Of a stretch of 64,000 bases of DNA, positions 38,200-51,548 are shown piece by piece; position 1 is the stretch's first letter; each line of letters opens with the position of its first letter. The stretch is from Narcine bancroftii (lineage: Eukaryota), in contig NC_091477.1 in assembly GCF_036971445.1 (NCBI RefSeq), forward strand, positions 97,278,001 to 97,342,000. The letters run 5' to 3'. The translations under genes and the position numbers were made by a program. The notes beneath the pieces are model-generated. The model ran no database searches and was not told the DNA's origin. It saw only the letters and a program-made list of their open reading frames with translations.

Positions 38200-38520
38200 C
38201 CCAGATCTCTCTTTCTCACTATCCCTTAGCCCTCTCTACTCATTTCTGCAGTTTTCTACCCCCTTCCTTCTCGTATCTGAGAGCTGCCCTCTCCTTGATC
38301 ACTTCTCAGCCTCTTTCCCTTACCCTCCCACCTGTGTCCACCTCTTACCCGTTAGTCTGTGCTCCTCCTCTTCCCCTCTCCTTCCCTCCACCCCTACCTT
38401 TTAATTCAAGCATTGGTCTGAGTTTCGATATTCCCCATGAAGGGCTCAGCTCGAAACGCCGACTGCCTTTTGTTTCCTACATGAGCTGCTGAATTTCTCC
38501 AGCACTTTTGTGCACCTCAC
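38200..38520 (+). mobile_element. Penelope-like pLTR, degenerate
   Basis: CT-rich tract, atgaagggctcagctcgaaacg, then gctgaatttctccagcactttt tail. Confidence 0.65.
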
Positions 38521-40439
38521 CAGACCCAAGGTAGGAATCCCCTGAAGGATCCTGCACCAACTTGAGTCACAAGTCTAATTCTGGGTTCTACCTCAGCAGA
38601 AAGCAGAAACGTTCTTTGGCCTCCTCATCTTGATATTAATACTGGCCTTGATGGATTTTGGCCATCCTTTATGGTAAAATGAGAGCTGAGAAAGCTCATT
38701 ACTTCTCAATGATCTGGGAGCCTCCCAGCACAGATTGGGAGCTACTTGCACCCAGCCAGCAAGGTCCGTGGAACAACTCCCGTTTGCCAAATAGTCTCAT
38801 TCCCAGCAGTTACCAATTGGAGTTATGGCTGCCCTTGATTCCCAGGCAAAAGCAACTTGGTGAGTTTTTGGGCCATGTTAATTTGACAGTGAGATTCAAG
38901 GAGATGGGCATCATCCTGCTTCACAGCCAGCAGCTCAGTGACAGCGGGCTGGCTGTCAGCGCCAGCAGTACCGAGTCTCACTCTTCTCTGGCCATCCACT
39001 ACACTTAGCTTCAAAACGACTACCTACCTGGTGATTGAGCTGAATGACACATTGGTGGCAGAGCAGGACTACAAAATCCAGGACAACTATAGAGGGCTAC
39101 TGGAGGAGAAACTTACATTGGCAACTACCAGGAATGGGGTATCAACAAGTAAGTGGATTCAAAAACTAAAGAGGGGTCTTGGCACTTTCTGACCAGCACA
39201 CCCCCTTCAAATAACGGCATACTTTCAACATTCGGAGTTTTCTGCTACTACATGCCAGATTTCCCTCCTGGCTCTCTGCTGAATTGATGTGTTAGATGGT
39301 GAGTAATTCAAATCCTGCAGTGCGGTGGCAAATCTCCCAAGTCTTTACTGATAACTCTCCCCCCCCAGTGGGGTAAATGCTGCAGAGATGTCCCAGTGTC
39401 ACTACAGTTCCAATAAAGTAGGGTTGAATGCAGAGGTGGGGGAGGGGGTGGTGGTGGCATTGGACTGGGGTTGGGAGGGGGGGGGGGAGAAGGAGTTGGC
39501 AGCATCGGATGGGGTGGGAGGGGGGAAGGTGCCACTTTTGAAAAATGTGCTCAGGGGGAGCGATCACCCCTGACTTCCCCTCTGACTGGACATTTCTAAA
39601 GATGAGAAATATCTTTTTTCTATAAGATCGATTTGCTTGAATAACTAATGGACAGAAAACCATGTTATAACTATTTACAATCCAAAAAAAAACTTTAGCA
39701 TATCTCTCTTAAAGCTGGAGAGGATCTTGGAATTGGAGATGAAGTATCCAGTTATTTTGGTCAGGAAAAAAGTACCAGTAGGAAAACAAAAAAAGTTTCC
39801 CTGAGGAAATAAATGCAATTTGTGTATCTAAAGTCAGAAGGACAAAGTAAAGCCTTTTTATCTGAATGCACACCCCATTCTTCTTGTTGCATTTGTTATT
39901 TTTATCAGGATCTGGCATGGATTGCATTTATTTCCCCTGAAATGCTGGTGAGCTGCCTACATCAGAATAGTTTGCTAGAACATTTTAAAAGTAAACAAAT
40001 GTGGTGAGGCTGGAGTCACACATAGGCCCAAATCAGGTAAAAATGGCAGATTTCCTTCCCTCAGGACACTTTTGTGGTAATCATTATGAAGACTAACTGT
40101 TTTCCCAAATTCCTGATTATTGGCTGAATTTTAAATTCTGTGGGTGATTTGGTGGGATTTAAACTCTGATGTACTAGGCTGGTAACCTAAATGTTCCACT
40201 GCCATAGTACTCTCACAAATGACATGAACTGAATAGATCTGATCTGACGGCCATAACTGAATGTAAAAAAAGGCTTGGAACTAAGTGTCAGAGATTTGAC
40301 ATTCAAATGGGAGGCAGAGAGAGAGAGAAACATCCAGTTGGTCGCATAAAAAAGGATGAAATTAGAATATAGTGAGAAATATCCTTGCCTTCCAAGATAT
40401 AGAATTTATTTAGGGTGAGTTAAAAATTGTGAAGGCAAG

Positions 40440-40750
40440 AAGTCACAGTGGGAGTAGTCTACATGCTTCCTAATTATGGCTACATTGTAGAACAGAACAT
40501 AAATCAAGAAATAAAGGAGGCCTGCAAGAAAGGCAATGAAATAATTGTAGATGAGTTTCTTCTTTATATAAATTGGACAAATCAAAACAGCAAAGGTAAC
40601 CTTGAGGACTAATTTGTAGAGTGGAATTAGAACAGCTTCCTAGAACAAGTTATTTTAGAACTGGCAATATGTGGTGAGACAGGATAAATAATGATTTCAT
40701 AGCAGCAGATCCTCTAGGATTCCAACATGTTCACATTTCCTATTCAATTT
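40440..40750 (+). mobile_element. CR1-type LINE endonuclease fragment
   Basis: INQEIKEACKKGNEIIVDEF...NWTNQ...SFLEQ resembles the CR1 APE domain. Confidence 0.6.
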
Positions 40751-41450
40751 AAGATAAACTTGGATGTGAATTGGCTACAGTATTCAGGAAAAAAATGGCA
40801 CAGTTGATAAGCAGCAACTATCTGGTCATTTATTTTTAGGAGCTATTTCATAATTTTCATCAAGATTTATTCCAAAATTCTCTCAGAGATAGAAGTGATA
40901 ATCAAAGAAAAGCAAATAGAGATTTATACATCTGATAATTTTACCTGTGGATGGTGGCAATTTATTCAAGGTCTTTGGAAAGAAGAGACTTGTCACACAA
41001 CTGTTGTGCATCACAATTTTTTTGTATTTTAGCATTATGTTTTCATTTCATGAAAACATTTATAACATCATCCTTCCTTTTGCAGGTGTTACAGTTGTAT
41101 AATTACAATGTTATATTACAAGTTATTTGTTATTCTTTAGAGTAACATTTCTGTGAATCTTCACAAAACATAACCACAGGGATTGTCATTCATCGGAAAT
41201 GTCAAGTTAACAAAAATACAACTGTCTTTACCCAATTATTCTTTTCGCTGACTTTCTTTAAATGACACATTTATATTACAAAGTCACTTCCAGCATTAAT
41301 TCAGAATTATTCATCTTTTGTTGGTGCATTCTGTTGGCAAATGATGAATTAAATGATTCACTTTTTTACACACCTGAAAATAAAATATAAAGTAATTTTC
41401 ATTTGTGTTATAACAATAGAACTAGAATTTTTAAATAGGACATTAATCAT

Positions 41451-41799
41451 TTCTTCTTTTCTTTGGCTTGGCTTCGCGGACGAAGATTTAAGGAGGGGGT
41501 AAATGTCCAAGTCACCTGCAGGCTCGTTTGTGGCTGACAAGTCCGATGCGGGACAGGCAGACACGGTTGCAGCGGAAAATTGGTTGGTTGGGGTTGGGTG
41601 TTGGGTTTTTCCTCCTTTGCCATTTGTCAGTGAGGTGGGCTCTGCGGTCTTCTTCAAAGGAGGTTGCTGCCCGCCAAACTGTGAGGCGCCAAGATGCACG
41701 GTTTGAGGCGATATCAGCCCACTGGCGGTGGTCAATGTGGCAGGCACCAAGAGATTTCTTTAGGCAGTCCTTGTACCTCTTCTTTGTGCACCTCTGTCA
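41451..41799 (-). mobile_element. Young RTE LINE, 5'-truncated
   Basis: Same family 3' end, with small deletions. Confidence 0.9.
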
Positions 41800-42258
41800 T
41801 CCTAAATATCATAGTGCTAATATTTTTTCATTATAGAAAACAAAGTGATGAACATTTCAAAGTCACCATTAATAATACTTCTGTTTTTTTGTCTGAATTC
41901 TGCAACAAACATCATGGTCTCTCTCCTTCAAACTTGTTTGGGTCATGTAAGTAGTGATATTGTTGCTGATTACAGGATAAATGAGTAAATATTTTAACAA
42001 TCAGAAATTAAATGCAGTTAGACATCATTTTGACGAGGTAAAACCATTCTCTGTTATAGAAAGTCAGCTAATCTTCATGCTATTTGCATAAAATTTGAGC
42101 TAATCATTTTCTTTGATATTGGACCTAAAGTTAAATCTCCTGTGTTGCCTCATAATACAGGTAGTAGCAACAACAGATGGTGCAACAGAAATACCTATAC
42201 CAAACATATCTGATATGATTTCATGAAATAAGCCAATTATAATGATTGCTGATCACTA

Positions 42259-44221
42259 ATGGTAACTTCAAAGAAATCTGATATTCCAAATTGTTGGATC
42301 ACATTGGGAAATGAAATCGTGAAACAAGTTCACAACTTCAAGTACCTTGGATCATGGGTAACATCTGATTGGAAAATGCGAAATAGACATAAAAGCAAGA
42401 ATAGGAATGGCAAGAACAGCATTTATAGAAATGAGAAATATCCTAACGATAAAGAAAATAGCAACTGACATCTACCTTAGAACTCTCAACTCTTACATTC
42501 TTCCTATATGGTCTATCACAAATGCAATGGGAAAAAAAAGAATCAATGCAGCAAAGATATGGTTTCTCAGAAGAATGCTATGCATTATCATATCTTTTTC
42601 TTTGGCTTGGCTTCGCGGACGAAGATTTATGGAGGGGGTAAAAGTCCACGTCAGCTGCAGGCTCGTTTGTGGCTGACAAGTCCGATGCGGGACAGGCAGA
42701 CACGGTTGCAGCGGCTGCAGGGGAAAATTGGTTGGTTGGGGTTGGATGTTGGGTTTTTCCTCCTTTACCTTTTGTCAGTGAGGTGGGCTCTGCGGTCTTC
42801 TTCAAAGGAGGTTGCTGCCCGCCAAACTGTGAGGCGCCAAGATGCACGGTTTGAGGCGTTATCAGCCCACTGGCGGTGGTCAATGTGGCAGGCACCAAGA
42901 AATTTCTTTAGGCAGTCCTTGTACCTTTTCTTTGGTGCACCTCTGTCACGGTGGCCAGTGGAGAGCTCGCCATATAACATGATCTTGGGAAGGCGATGGT
43001 CCTCCATTCTGGAGACGTGACCCATCCAGCGCAGCTGGATCTTCAGCAGCGTGGACTCGATGCTGTCGACCTCTGCCATCTCGAGTACTTCGACGTTAGG
43101 GATGAAAACGCTCCAATGGATGTTGAGGATGGAGCGGAGACAACGCTGGTGGAAGCGTTCTAGGAGCCGTAGGTGATGCCGGTAGAGGACCCATGATTCG
43201 GAGCCGAACAGGAGTGTGGGTATGACAACGGCTCTGTATACGCTTATCTTTGAGAGGTTTTTCAGTTGGTTGTTTTTCCAGACTCTTTTGTGTAGTCTTC
43301 CAAAGGCACTATTTGCCTTGGCGAGTCTGTTGTCTATCTCATTGTCGATCCTTGCATCTGATGAAATGGTGCAGCCGAGATAGGTAAACTGGTTGACCGT
43401 TTTGAGTTTTGTGTGCCCGATGGAGATGTGGGGGGGCTGGTAGTCATGGTGGGGAGCTGGCTGATGGAGGACCTCAGTTTTCTTCAGGCTGACTTCCAGG
43501 CCAAACATTTTGGCAGTTTCCGCAAAGCAGGACGTCAAGCGCTGAAGCAAATACTAGAGCGCATCGGATGTCCCCCAAAGTTCCTCAACATGATTATCCA
43601 ACTGCACGAAAACCAACAAGGTCGGGTCAGATACAGCAATGAGCTCTCTGAACCCTTCTCCATTAACAATGGCATGAAGCAAGGCTGTGTTCTCGCACCA
43701 ACCCTCTTTTCAATCTTCTTCAGCATGATGCTGAACCAAGCCATGAAAGACCCCAACAATGAAGACGCTGTTTTCATCCGGTACCGCACGGATGGCAGTC
43801 TCTTCAATCTGAGGCGCCTGCAAGCTCACACCAAGACACAAGAGAAACTTGTCCGTGAACTACTCTTTGCAGACGATGCCGCTTTAGTTGCCTATTCAGA
43901 GCATTATCATATACGGACAAGATAACAAACAAAGAAGTTCTACAAAGAATGAAAACAAATTACATTACTTAAAAGAATCAGAAAACAACAATCAAAATTC
44001 TTTGGACACATCATGTGAAGAGATACATAATAAAATTTAGTTAACACTAGAAACCTGGAAGGAAAAAGAAATAGTGGCAGAAAGAGAATAAAAATGATAG
44101 ATGGATTAACATTGTGGTTAGAAACAGGGGAGATAACAACTACAATTCGGTGGGTCAGAGACCATGATGGATGGAAAGACATGATCGCCCATGCCGAATG
44201 GCAAGGCACCTGAATGAATGA
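42259..44221 (+). mobile_element. Older RTE-clade LINE (different family) split by the young RTE
   Basis: VKQVHNFKYLGSWVTSD...WFLRRMLC then SYTDKITNKEVL after the insert; (tgaa)n tail. Confidence 0.85.
42594..43900 (-). mobile_element. Young RTE LINE with 5' inversion (43548-43900 on the plus strand)
   Basis: ORFs 42765-43550 (-) and 43548-43900 (+, GMKQGCVLAPTLFSIFF...ELLFADDAAL); 12-bp TSD gcattatcatat. Confidence 0.93.
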
Positions 44222-44522
44222 TTACTGATGTGACCTTTAGAAGGGCAGGAATTCTGTCGGTCATTTTGATAACATTTTATCAGATGGCCACCGAGCTTGC
44301 TAAGTAGAGCTTGCACCTCTAGTTTCATTCAGAACATAAATGAGATTTTAAAAGAAAAAAAATCAAGCAGTGACAATAATTAAGTGCCCAATAAATTCAT
44401 ATGCAAGTATGCCTACATATGATTATCATTGTCTTGTAACTGAACACATATAATTGCTTGACAGATGCCAACAATATCTGCTTTTTTTTTGATAGAAACA
44501 GAATGTGGCAACTTTGCATTTT

Positions 44523-45905
44523 GTGAATCCGAGGAAAGCATCCAGTCTGGATGGGGTACCTGCTGAGTATTAAAAACCTGTGCTGACCAACTTGCCAATG
44601 TATTCATGGATATCTTTAACCTCCCTCTTTGGTAGGGCATGGTACCCACCTGTTTCAAACAGGCCTCAACCCTAACCCTAATGTACCAGTGCCCAAGAGT
44701 ATGGTAACCTAGCTTAATTACTACTGACCAGAGGGACTCACATCCACAGTGATGAAGTGTTTTGAAAGGCTGGTGTTAAAACATATCAACTCCAATATGA
44801 TGATGACATGGATCTATTCCAATTTTCCCACTGTAGCAACAGGTCCACAGTGAATGCCATCTCATTGGCTCAACACAAAGCCCTGTAACACCTGGAGAGC
44901 AAAGATGCATACATCAGGATGCTCTTTATCCACAGCATTCAACACCATCATCCCCTCAAAATTGATCAGCAAACTCCAAGACCTGAGCCTCAACACCCCA
45001 CTGTGTAATTGGATCCTGGATTTCCTCACCTCCAGACCACAATCAGTGAGGATTGGTAAGAATATCTCCTCCACAGTCCCCATCAGTACCGGAGCACATA
45101 GGGCTGAGTTCTTAGCCCCCTGCTAAGAAGCCTATTGCTCTGCTCGATATACACTTGTGACTGTGTGGCTCAGTATGACAACAAAATCATTTACAAATGT
45201 GTTGATAGTAGCACTGTAGTATTGCATAAAAAGGAGGGAAATTGAAAACTTGGCTGAAACAACCTCGCACTCAATGAAACCAAAACTAAGGAGCTGATTA
45301 TTGACTTCAGGAAGGGAAAACCGAAGGTGTATAATCCAGGAAGATCAGAAGTAGAGAGTGTGAGTAAATTTAAGTTCTTCTGAGTCACCATCTCGGAGGA
45401 TCTTTCCTAGACCCAGCATACTAATGGCATTGTGAAGAAAGCTTGCAGAGGTTTGGTACGACATCAGATACCCTGGCAAATTTCTCAAGAGGTGTGCGGA
45501 AAGTCTGCTGTTTGGCTGCATCACGTCTGGTATGGGGATACCTACACCCCTGAGCATAAAGCTCTGCATAAGGTAGTGGACACAGTCCAGAACATCATAT
45601 ACCAAACCATCCCCACCATCAAGAACATCTATGGGAAACGCTATTGTCGGAGTGCAGCAGCAATCATCAAGGATCAGCACACACTCAGCTCTTGCTGTTG
45701 CAAGGGGGAAAGAGATACAAGTGGCACAAGACTTATACCATAAGGTTTAGGAACCACTGCTACTCCTCCACCATCAGAATCCTCAACAGCAAACTCAATC
45801 AGAGACTCATTTAAGTTCACTTACTTTTGCACTTTTTTGTTTTTTCCCCCTCTGTATTACACAGTCAGTTTGTCTACATTTCTTTAATTATTTACATGTA
45901 TGTAT
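44523..45905 (+). mobile_element. Rex1/Babar-clade LINE, RT to 3' UTR (tail resumes at ~46600-46720)
   Basis: LKTCADQLANVFMDIFNL; [41 protein letters not shown]. Confidence 0.88.
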
Positions 45906-45909
45906 CTTC

Positions 45910-46595
45910 TTTTTTTTTATTAATTTTTTTATTTTTCACACTATGAACCATATTAGCCAAAATACACACAAACATTTCCCTCTTGAATATACACAGTGGC
46001 ATTTTCTCCCCCTTTCCCCCCCTCCCTTCCCTCCCTCCTTCCCACCCCTCTCCCTACCCACTAAATGTTCAACATGTACAATACAATAAACCCATTAAAC
46101 AATGTCATCACACAATGAAAATGAACAAGAAAATTGTGTCATCTACTTTTACACACTGGTCAGTTCATTTCGTCTTCTTCTCATTCTATCATTTTAGGGG
46201 GTGGAGGTCCATGGTAGGCCCTCTCTGTTATGTTCCCTGTTCCCAAATTTGTTCATATAATGTGACTTTATTTTTTTTAATTATATGTTATTTTTTCCAA
46301 TGGAATACATTTATTCATTTCTCTGTACCATTGTTGTACTCTCAGGCTCTCTTCTGATTTCCAGGTTGACATTATACATTTTTTTGCTACAGCTAAGGCT
46401 ATCATAATAAATCTTTTTTGTGCTTCATCCAATATGAGGCCTAGTTCTTTACTTCTTATATTACTTAGAAGAAAGATCTCTGGATTTTTTGGTATGTTGC
46501 TTTTTGTGATTTTATTTAATACCTGATTTAGATCTTCCCAAAACTTTTCCACTTTCTCACATGCCCAAATTGCATGTTCTGTTGTTCCCGTTTCC
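45910..46595 (-). mobile_element. L1-like 3' end nested in the Rex1 UTR
   Basis: EKFWEDLNQVL...ALAVAKKCIMSTWKSEE...CIPLEKITYN; poly-T tail on the plus strand. Confidence 0.82.
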
Positions 46596-47802
46596 TATCT
46601 TCTCGAATATAGTTTATTGCACTACTAATATGTACTAATTCTGTCTCGCCTACAGAAGGAAAAATCTCAGGGCTGCACGTGATGTCATGTATGTTCTCTG
46701 ACAATAAATCTGAACTTTGAATTAGGGAATTAAAGGTGAAACAATTTTAATGTGATCTTCCTAAATAATGGAAATGTAAGGTTGAGGGAAGGAGAGGAGG
46801 CTGTGTTAGGGGAACATCAGTGGGATGGTAGGGGAGGATGTACAGAGCAACAGGTGAGAAGCACAACCTTTTTGAATTCCATTATCCCTTCTCCTTGACT
46901 GCAATTGCTTGGTGCAAATTAATAATTTATTATAAAAACAAAATCAGTGGTATATCATCCATTTAAGGAGCACACATTGCTGTCTAGTCTGCAAGATTAT
47001 GGTCAAGGTCTCTCTTCAGTGAGAGAAAGTATGTATGAAGGTCTGCCAAGATCAATCAGATTTTCTTTGGTCTATTTTACTTGACAGCCTTGGGTATAGC
47101 TTTTGGTGTATTTGATTACAGGAGACCTGATGATGATAATGATTTTTTTTTAAATAATCCCCTTGTCACCACTATCTGGTCTCACCCATCTCTGAACCAT
47201 GAGTTACAGAGTGACATCTCAACTACTTCTCTAATTGCACCCACTGTTGGCATAGTCAGCATGGAACTGGTGTTGGGGCAAACTTGGAAGGATGTTCTTG
47301 AATAGCTGGACCAATTTTCTGCTGCTGTAAGCACACAAGTCAAGGAAGACAGAAAATATGAATGAGATGAGAATGCATTTGCAAAATGATCATTCATTTT
47401 CAGCCGAAATCAAGCAAACATGACTGTGGGACTTGGATGTAGAATTAGGTCATCTTCAGCAGCTTGGAAAATTCAATTTATCCATTAGTAGTCATTACCT
47501 CCTTTGCAGCTGTCTATGATACAACTTTTGATCCTTTTCTGCTCCTTGTTGGCTTGTTGAATTTCATTCAATATTCGAGAGAACAAATCTCAGTATGACA
47601 GTAATTCCATAGGCTTGTTCCTTGGATGTGTTTAGTGAGGGTTAACTATCTGGTAAGACTCAATTAGTGGGATTAGGAAGTAGGTATTTGAAGATATGAT
47701 AAAACCTGTCAGAAAAGGTAGGTATGCTCACAATTGGATTAGTTTAATAAAGCAGATGCAGAGAGTGGGAGATAATCCTTGGAATATGGTACAGTGCCAT
47801 TC

Positions 47803-47918
47803 CTGCTTACCACCTCGGGTTCTTCCACACAACGATGGCCACAGCATCAGTACACTTATCCTATTGTACAGGAAGCTTATCTCTCTCCTACTCCTCTCTG
47901 TACCCAGCTATGTGTACA
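47803..47918. repeat. 116-bp segment duplicated at 54914-55029
   Basis: ctgcttaccacctcgggttcttc...cagctatgtgtaca, about 5 substitutions. Confidence 0.9.
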
Positions 47919-48051
47919 TCAAGCAACACATTGAAGCACAAACCAAGAACAACCTAAATTCATAATAAGACCATTCCCTCCCTTTATGAAATCTTGAGTC
48001 TCTCAAAAATGTCTTTGAATTGCCTCTTTAAATAGTTCAGTTGAGTTAGAC

Positions 48052-48161
48052 CAGTGGTTCTCAACCTTTTTCCCCACTCACATACAACGTTAAGGTGCTC
48101 TGTTAATAAGGGATTATTTAAGGTCAATATGTGAGTGAAAACAAAAAGTTGAGAACCACCG
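48052..48161. mobile_element. Solo hAT MITE (monomer of the compound element)
   Basis: cagtggttctcaac...gttgagaaccaccg; perfect 8-bp TSD agttagac. Confidence 0.9.
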
Positions 48162-49712
48162 AGTTAGACCATAAGATATAGGAGCAGAAAAAGGCTATTC
48201 AGTCCATTGAATCTGCCCCGGCATTTACCGTAATCATGAGCTAATCCATTTTCCCCACTCAGCCCCACTGCCCAGCCTCCCCATTACCTATCCATCTCTG
48301 CCTTAAATACACCCAATGACCTGGCCTCCACAACCACCTGCTTACCACCCTGTGACTGAAGAAATTTCTATGCATCTCTGTTCTAATCAGACATCCATTA
48401 ATCCTGAAGCTGTAAAGAAGTCTGCAGACATTGTGGTTGAAGTAAATGCTAGGGAAACTCCGAGGTCTAACAGTGTACTTTATAGGACAAAGATGAAGAT
48501 ACATAACCAATATTTTAGGCTTGAACCATTCATCAAGGTAGAGGTAAAATGTGGTAAACCTTTCTACTTCTTTTCTGTCCATGGTGCTGATCGGAGTGGC
48601 CATATTTATTTTAAATTTTGACATTTAAAATGTTTCATTGAGATTCCCCCTCATTATCCTAAATTCCAACAAATACAGGCCAAGAGCTATCAAATGCTTC
48701 TCATATAACCCTTTCATTCCCAGAATCATCCTGGTGAACCTCCTCCAAACTCTCTCCAATGTCAGCACATCTTTTCTTTAATGAGGAGCCCAAAACTGTT
48801 CACAATGTTCCAAGTGAGGTCTCAACAGTTCTTTATAAAGTCTTAAGATCACATCCCTGTTCTTGTATTCTATTCCTCTTGAAATGAATGCCAGCATTGC
48901 ATTTGCCTTTTTCACCACCCTCTCAGTATGCAAGTTTACCTTCAGACTATCCTGCATGAGGACTTCCAGGTCCTTTTGCATCTGGGCATTTTCAATTTAA
49001 TCCTAATTTTAAAAATAGTCTGCCCATTTATTTATTCTACCAAAGTGCATGACTGTACACTTTTCAACATTATATTTCATTTGCCACTTCTCTGCCCTTC
49101 CTCCTAATCTGTCTCAGTCTTTCATCATCCTCCATGTCTCCTCTCCAATACCTGGTTCTCCAACCTACCTTTGTATCATCTGCAAACTTGGCCACAAAGC
49201 TATTCATTCCATCTTCAAAATTGTTAATATACAACATGACAAGAGGCAGTCCCAAAACTGAACCCTGTAGAACAGCACTAGCAAATGCCAGCCAATCAAA
49301 ATATGATTCTTGTATTGCAACACTGCTTCCTGCCAATCAGGCAATGCTCTACCCATGCTAGTCAATTTCCTATAATACCATGGGTTCTTATATTGTTAAG
49401 TTGCCTTTTGTACCTTGACAAATACCTTCTGAAAATTCAAATCCACTTCATCTCCCTTATCCATTTGCTTGTCACTTCCTCAAAGAATTCCAATAGATTT
49501 GTCAAGCAAAATTTTCTCCATGAGGAAACCATGCTAGTTTTGGCCAGTCCTCTCATGTGCCTCCAAGTACTAAGTAACCTCATCCTTTACAATCGACCCC
49601 AACATCTTCTCAACCACTGATGTCAGGCTAACTGGCCCATAATTTCCTTTCTGCTGCCTCACTCCCTTCTTGGGTCGTGAGGTGACATTTGCGATTCTCC
49701 AGTCTTCCGGAA
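48162..49712 (-). mobile_element. CR1-type LINE with a nested Penelope pLTR (~48408-48540)
   Basis: QGSVLGL...FVAKFADDTKVG; VVKKANAMLAFISRGIEYKNRDVILRLYKELLRPHLEHCEQFWAPH. Confidence 0.9.
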
Positions 49713-50459
49713 TCTATTGTTAGTGACATACTCATCCACAGCATGTGTGCTGCCCTACTCTTAAAGCAGCAACCCTTTATTTCCAGAGGTGATATCATAA
49801 TGAAGTGCCTTTGTTAAAGTAACATAAATCAACATAAAATTACCCCATTACATAGCTATATTAGGAGCAAAACGTGGTAGTTTCGACTATATTTCACATT
49901 TTAATTATTTGAAGCAATTTGAAAAAAATGGCTATCATTAAAATACTCCACCATGATGCAAGATGAATGAATAATGTATACATTAATTTGAGATTTTATG
50001 ATCTATTATTTTGAAATAATGAAGAAATTAATATGGACAGTAATAGGCTTCTATATTCCAGTTATGGATTTGATGGACAAATAGAGAAAGTCTTCACTGA
50101 GAACATGCCCTATTTTTCCTTAAACTGGATTTTAAAACAGAAAAGACGCAAGGTTGTTTTCATAAGAAAAAAGTCACTAAATGAGGATTTCTTATTAATG
50201 AAATACAAGATTGGAAATAACAACTTGAATTGTCTAATATAACAACCATAGAACACTACAGCACTGAAAAACAGGCCCCTTTGACTCTTCTAATCTGTGC
50301 TGAACCTTTTTTTTTTTCATAGTTCCACTGACATGTACCCAGTCCATATCACTCCATTCCTCTCCCATCCATTATAGATAGGAACAGAACCATTCAAGGG
50401 AAAAAAGTTCACTTTTGTGCAAATTAGGCTTGTAACCTGAAAAAAATATTAAAGTTTGA

Positions 50460-51330
50460 TAATAATGTTAACACAGAAGATATGGAACATTCTGGATGCG
50501 AGATATATAACAACAAATCATCAGTATAAAGTGAAACTTTATGATTTTTGTCCAACCCTTTGAATGCCTGAAATATTTACCGAGTCCCGAAATGGTTCTA
50601 ATACCAGGTGAAATAACAAAGGGCTCAATGGGTAACCTTGCCCCAGGCCACAAAACAATCTAAAAGGATCAGATCTTTGATTATTAGTAGATACTGAAGC
50701 CTGTGGAGGGTGGTAGATCAATTTGATCCATGATATAAATTCTGGACCAAATTTAAATCTTTTCAAAATTTAAAATAAATATGGCCACTAAACCCTGTCA
50801 AACACTTTTTCCATGTCTAGATGGTGGAAAGAAAATTATATTCATGAAACATTGAATATTAAAATGTGAGTATCAATTTTTAATAAATCCTGTTTAATCA
50901 TTCGAGATAATTAAAAGGTAAAATATTCTTTATTCTGTTTGCCAGAACTTTTTGCTAAGATGGAAGGACTCTATCCCTCCCAGTTATGCACAATAAATGA
51001 CCCAAACATTATCATCCTTGAACCTTGAGAAGATTAGATGTAATGTTTTGAAAACTGGTTAAGTTTGATAAAATGTGGCACATTTATATGAAATATTTTA
51101 ATGAATAATATAGTTGTTTACTATTTTGTATATAACATATTAAACTTTTATAATCTCTTCCTGAACTTACTTTTTATTTATAAGGCAATTCACCAACATA
51201 TTGTTACTGTTACCCTTTTGGTGGTTTAAGGAGTCCCAGCGGCTTTTTCTCTTTTTTTTAAAGTTTAGGGGCTATAGATTTAGGATTAGTTAGTTACATT
51301 TTTTTTCCTGCGGGAACAACAGATAAAATA
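50460..51330. mobile_element. L1-like fragments in opposite orientation: RT (-, 50460-50960) joined to C-terminus/UTR (+, from 50951)
   Basis: FGPEFISWIKLIY...QGYPLSPLLF on the minus strand; LLRWKDSIPPSYAQ*...LNLEKIR on the plus strand. Confidence 0.75.
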
Positions 51331-51414
51331 TTGAATTCTGTCTGTTTGTTTATTATTAGTTGCAATGTTCATTTTTATTCTAGGATACATTGTACTTACT
51401 CTGTACCTGTACAG

Positions 51415-51548
51415 NNNNNNNNNNNNNNNNNNNNNNNNNNNNNNNNNNNNNNNNNNNNNNNNNNNNNNNNNNNNNNNNNNNNNNNNNNNNNNNNNNNNNN
51501 NNNNNNNNNNNNNNNNNNNNNNNNNNNNNNNNNNNNNNNNNNNNNNNN
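51415..51548. other. Assembly gap (134 N)
   Basis: Run of n. Confidence 1.

Noticed and set aside
38500-39230. GC-richer block with several ORFs; possible exon, pseudogene or Tx1-like LINE remnant
   Set aside because: No consistent frame or motif I could identify with confidence; needs blastx or RepeatMasker
39430-39530. G-rich tract with G-quadruplex potential (also the G and C runs at 2155-2221)
   Set aside because: Homopolymer and G-rich runs are common throughout the window; nothing suggests function
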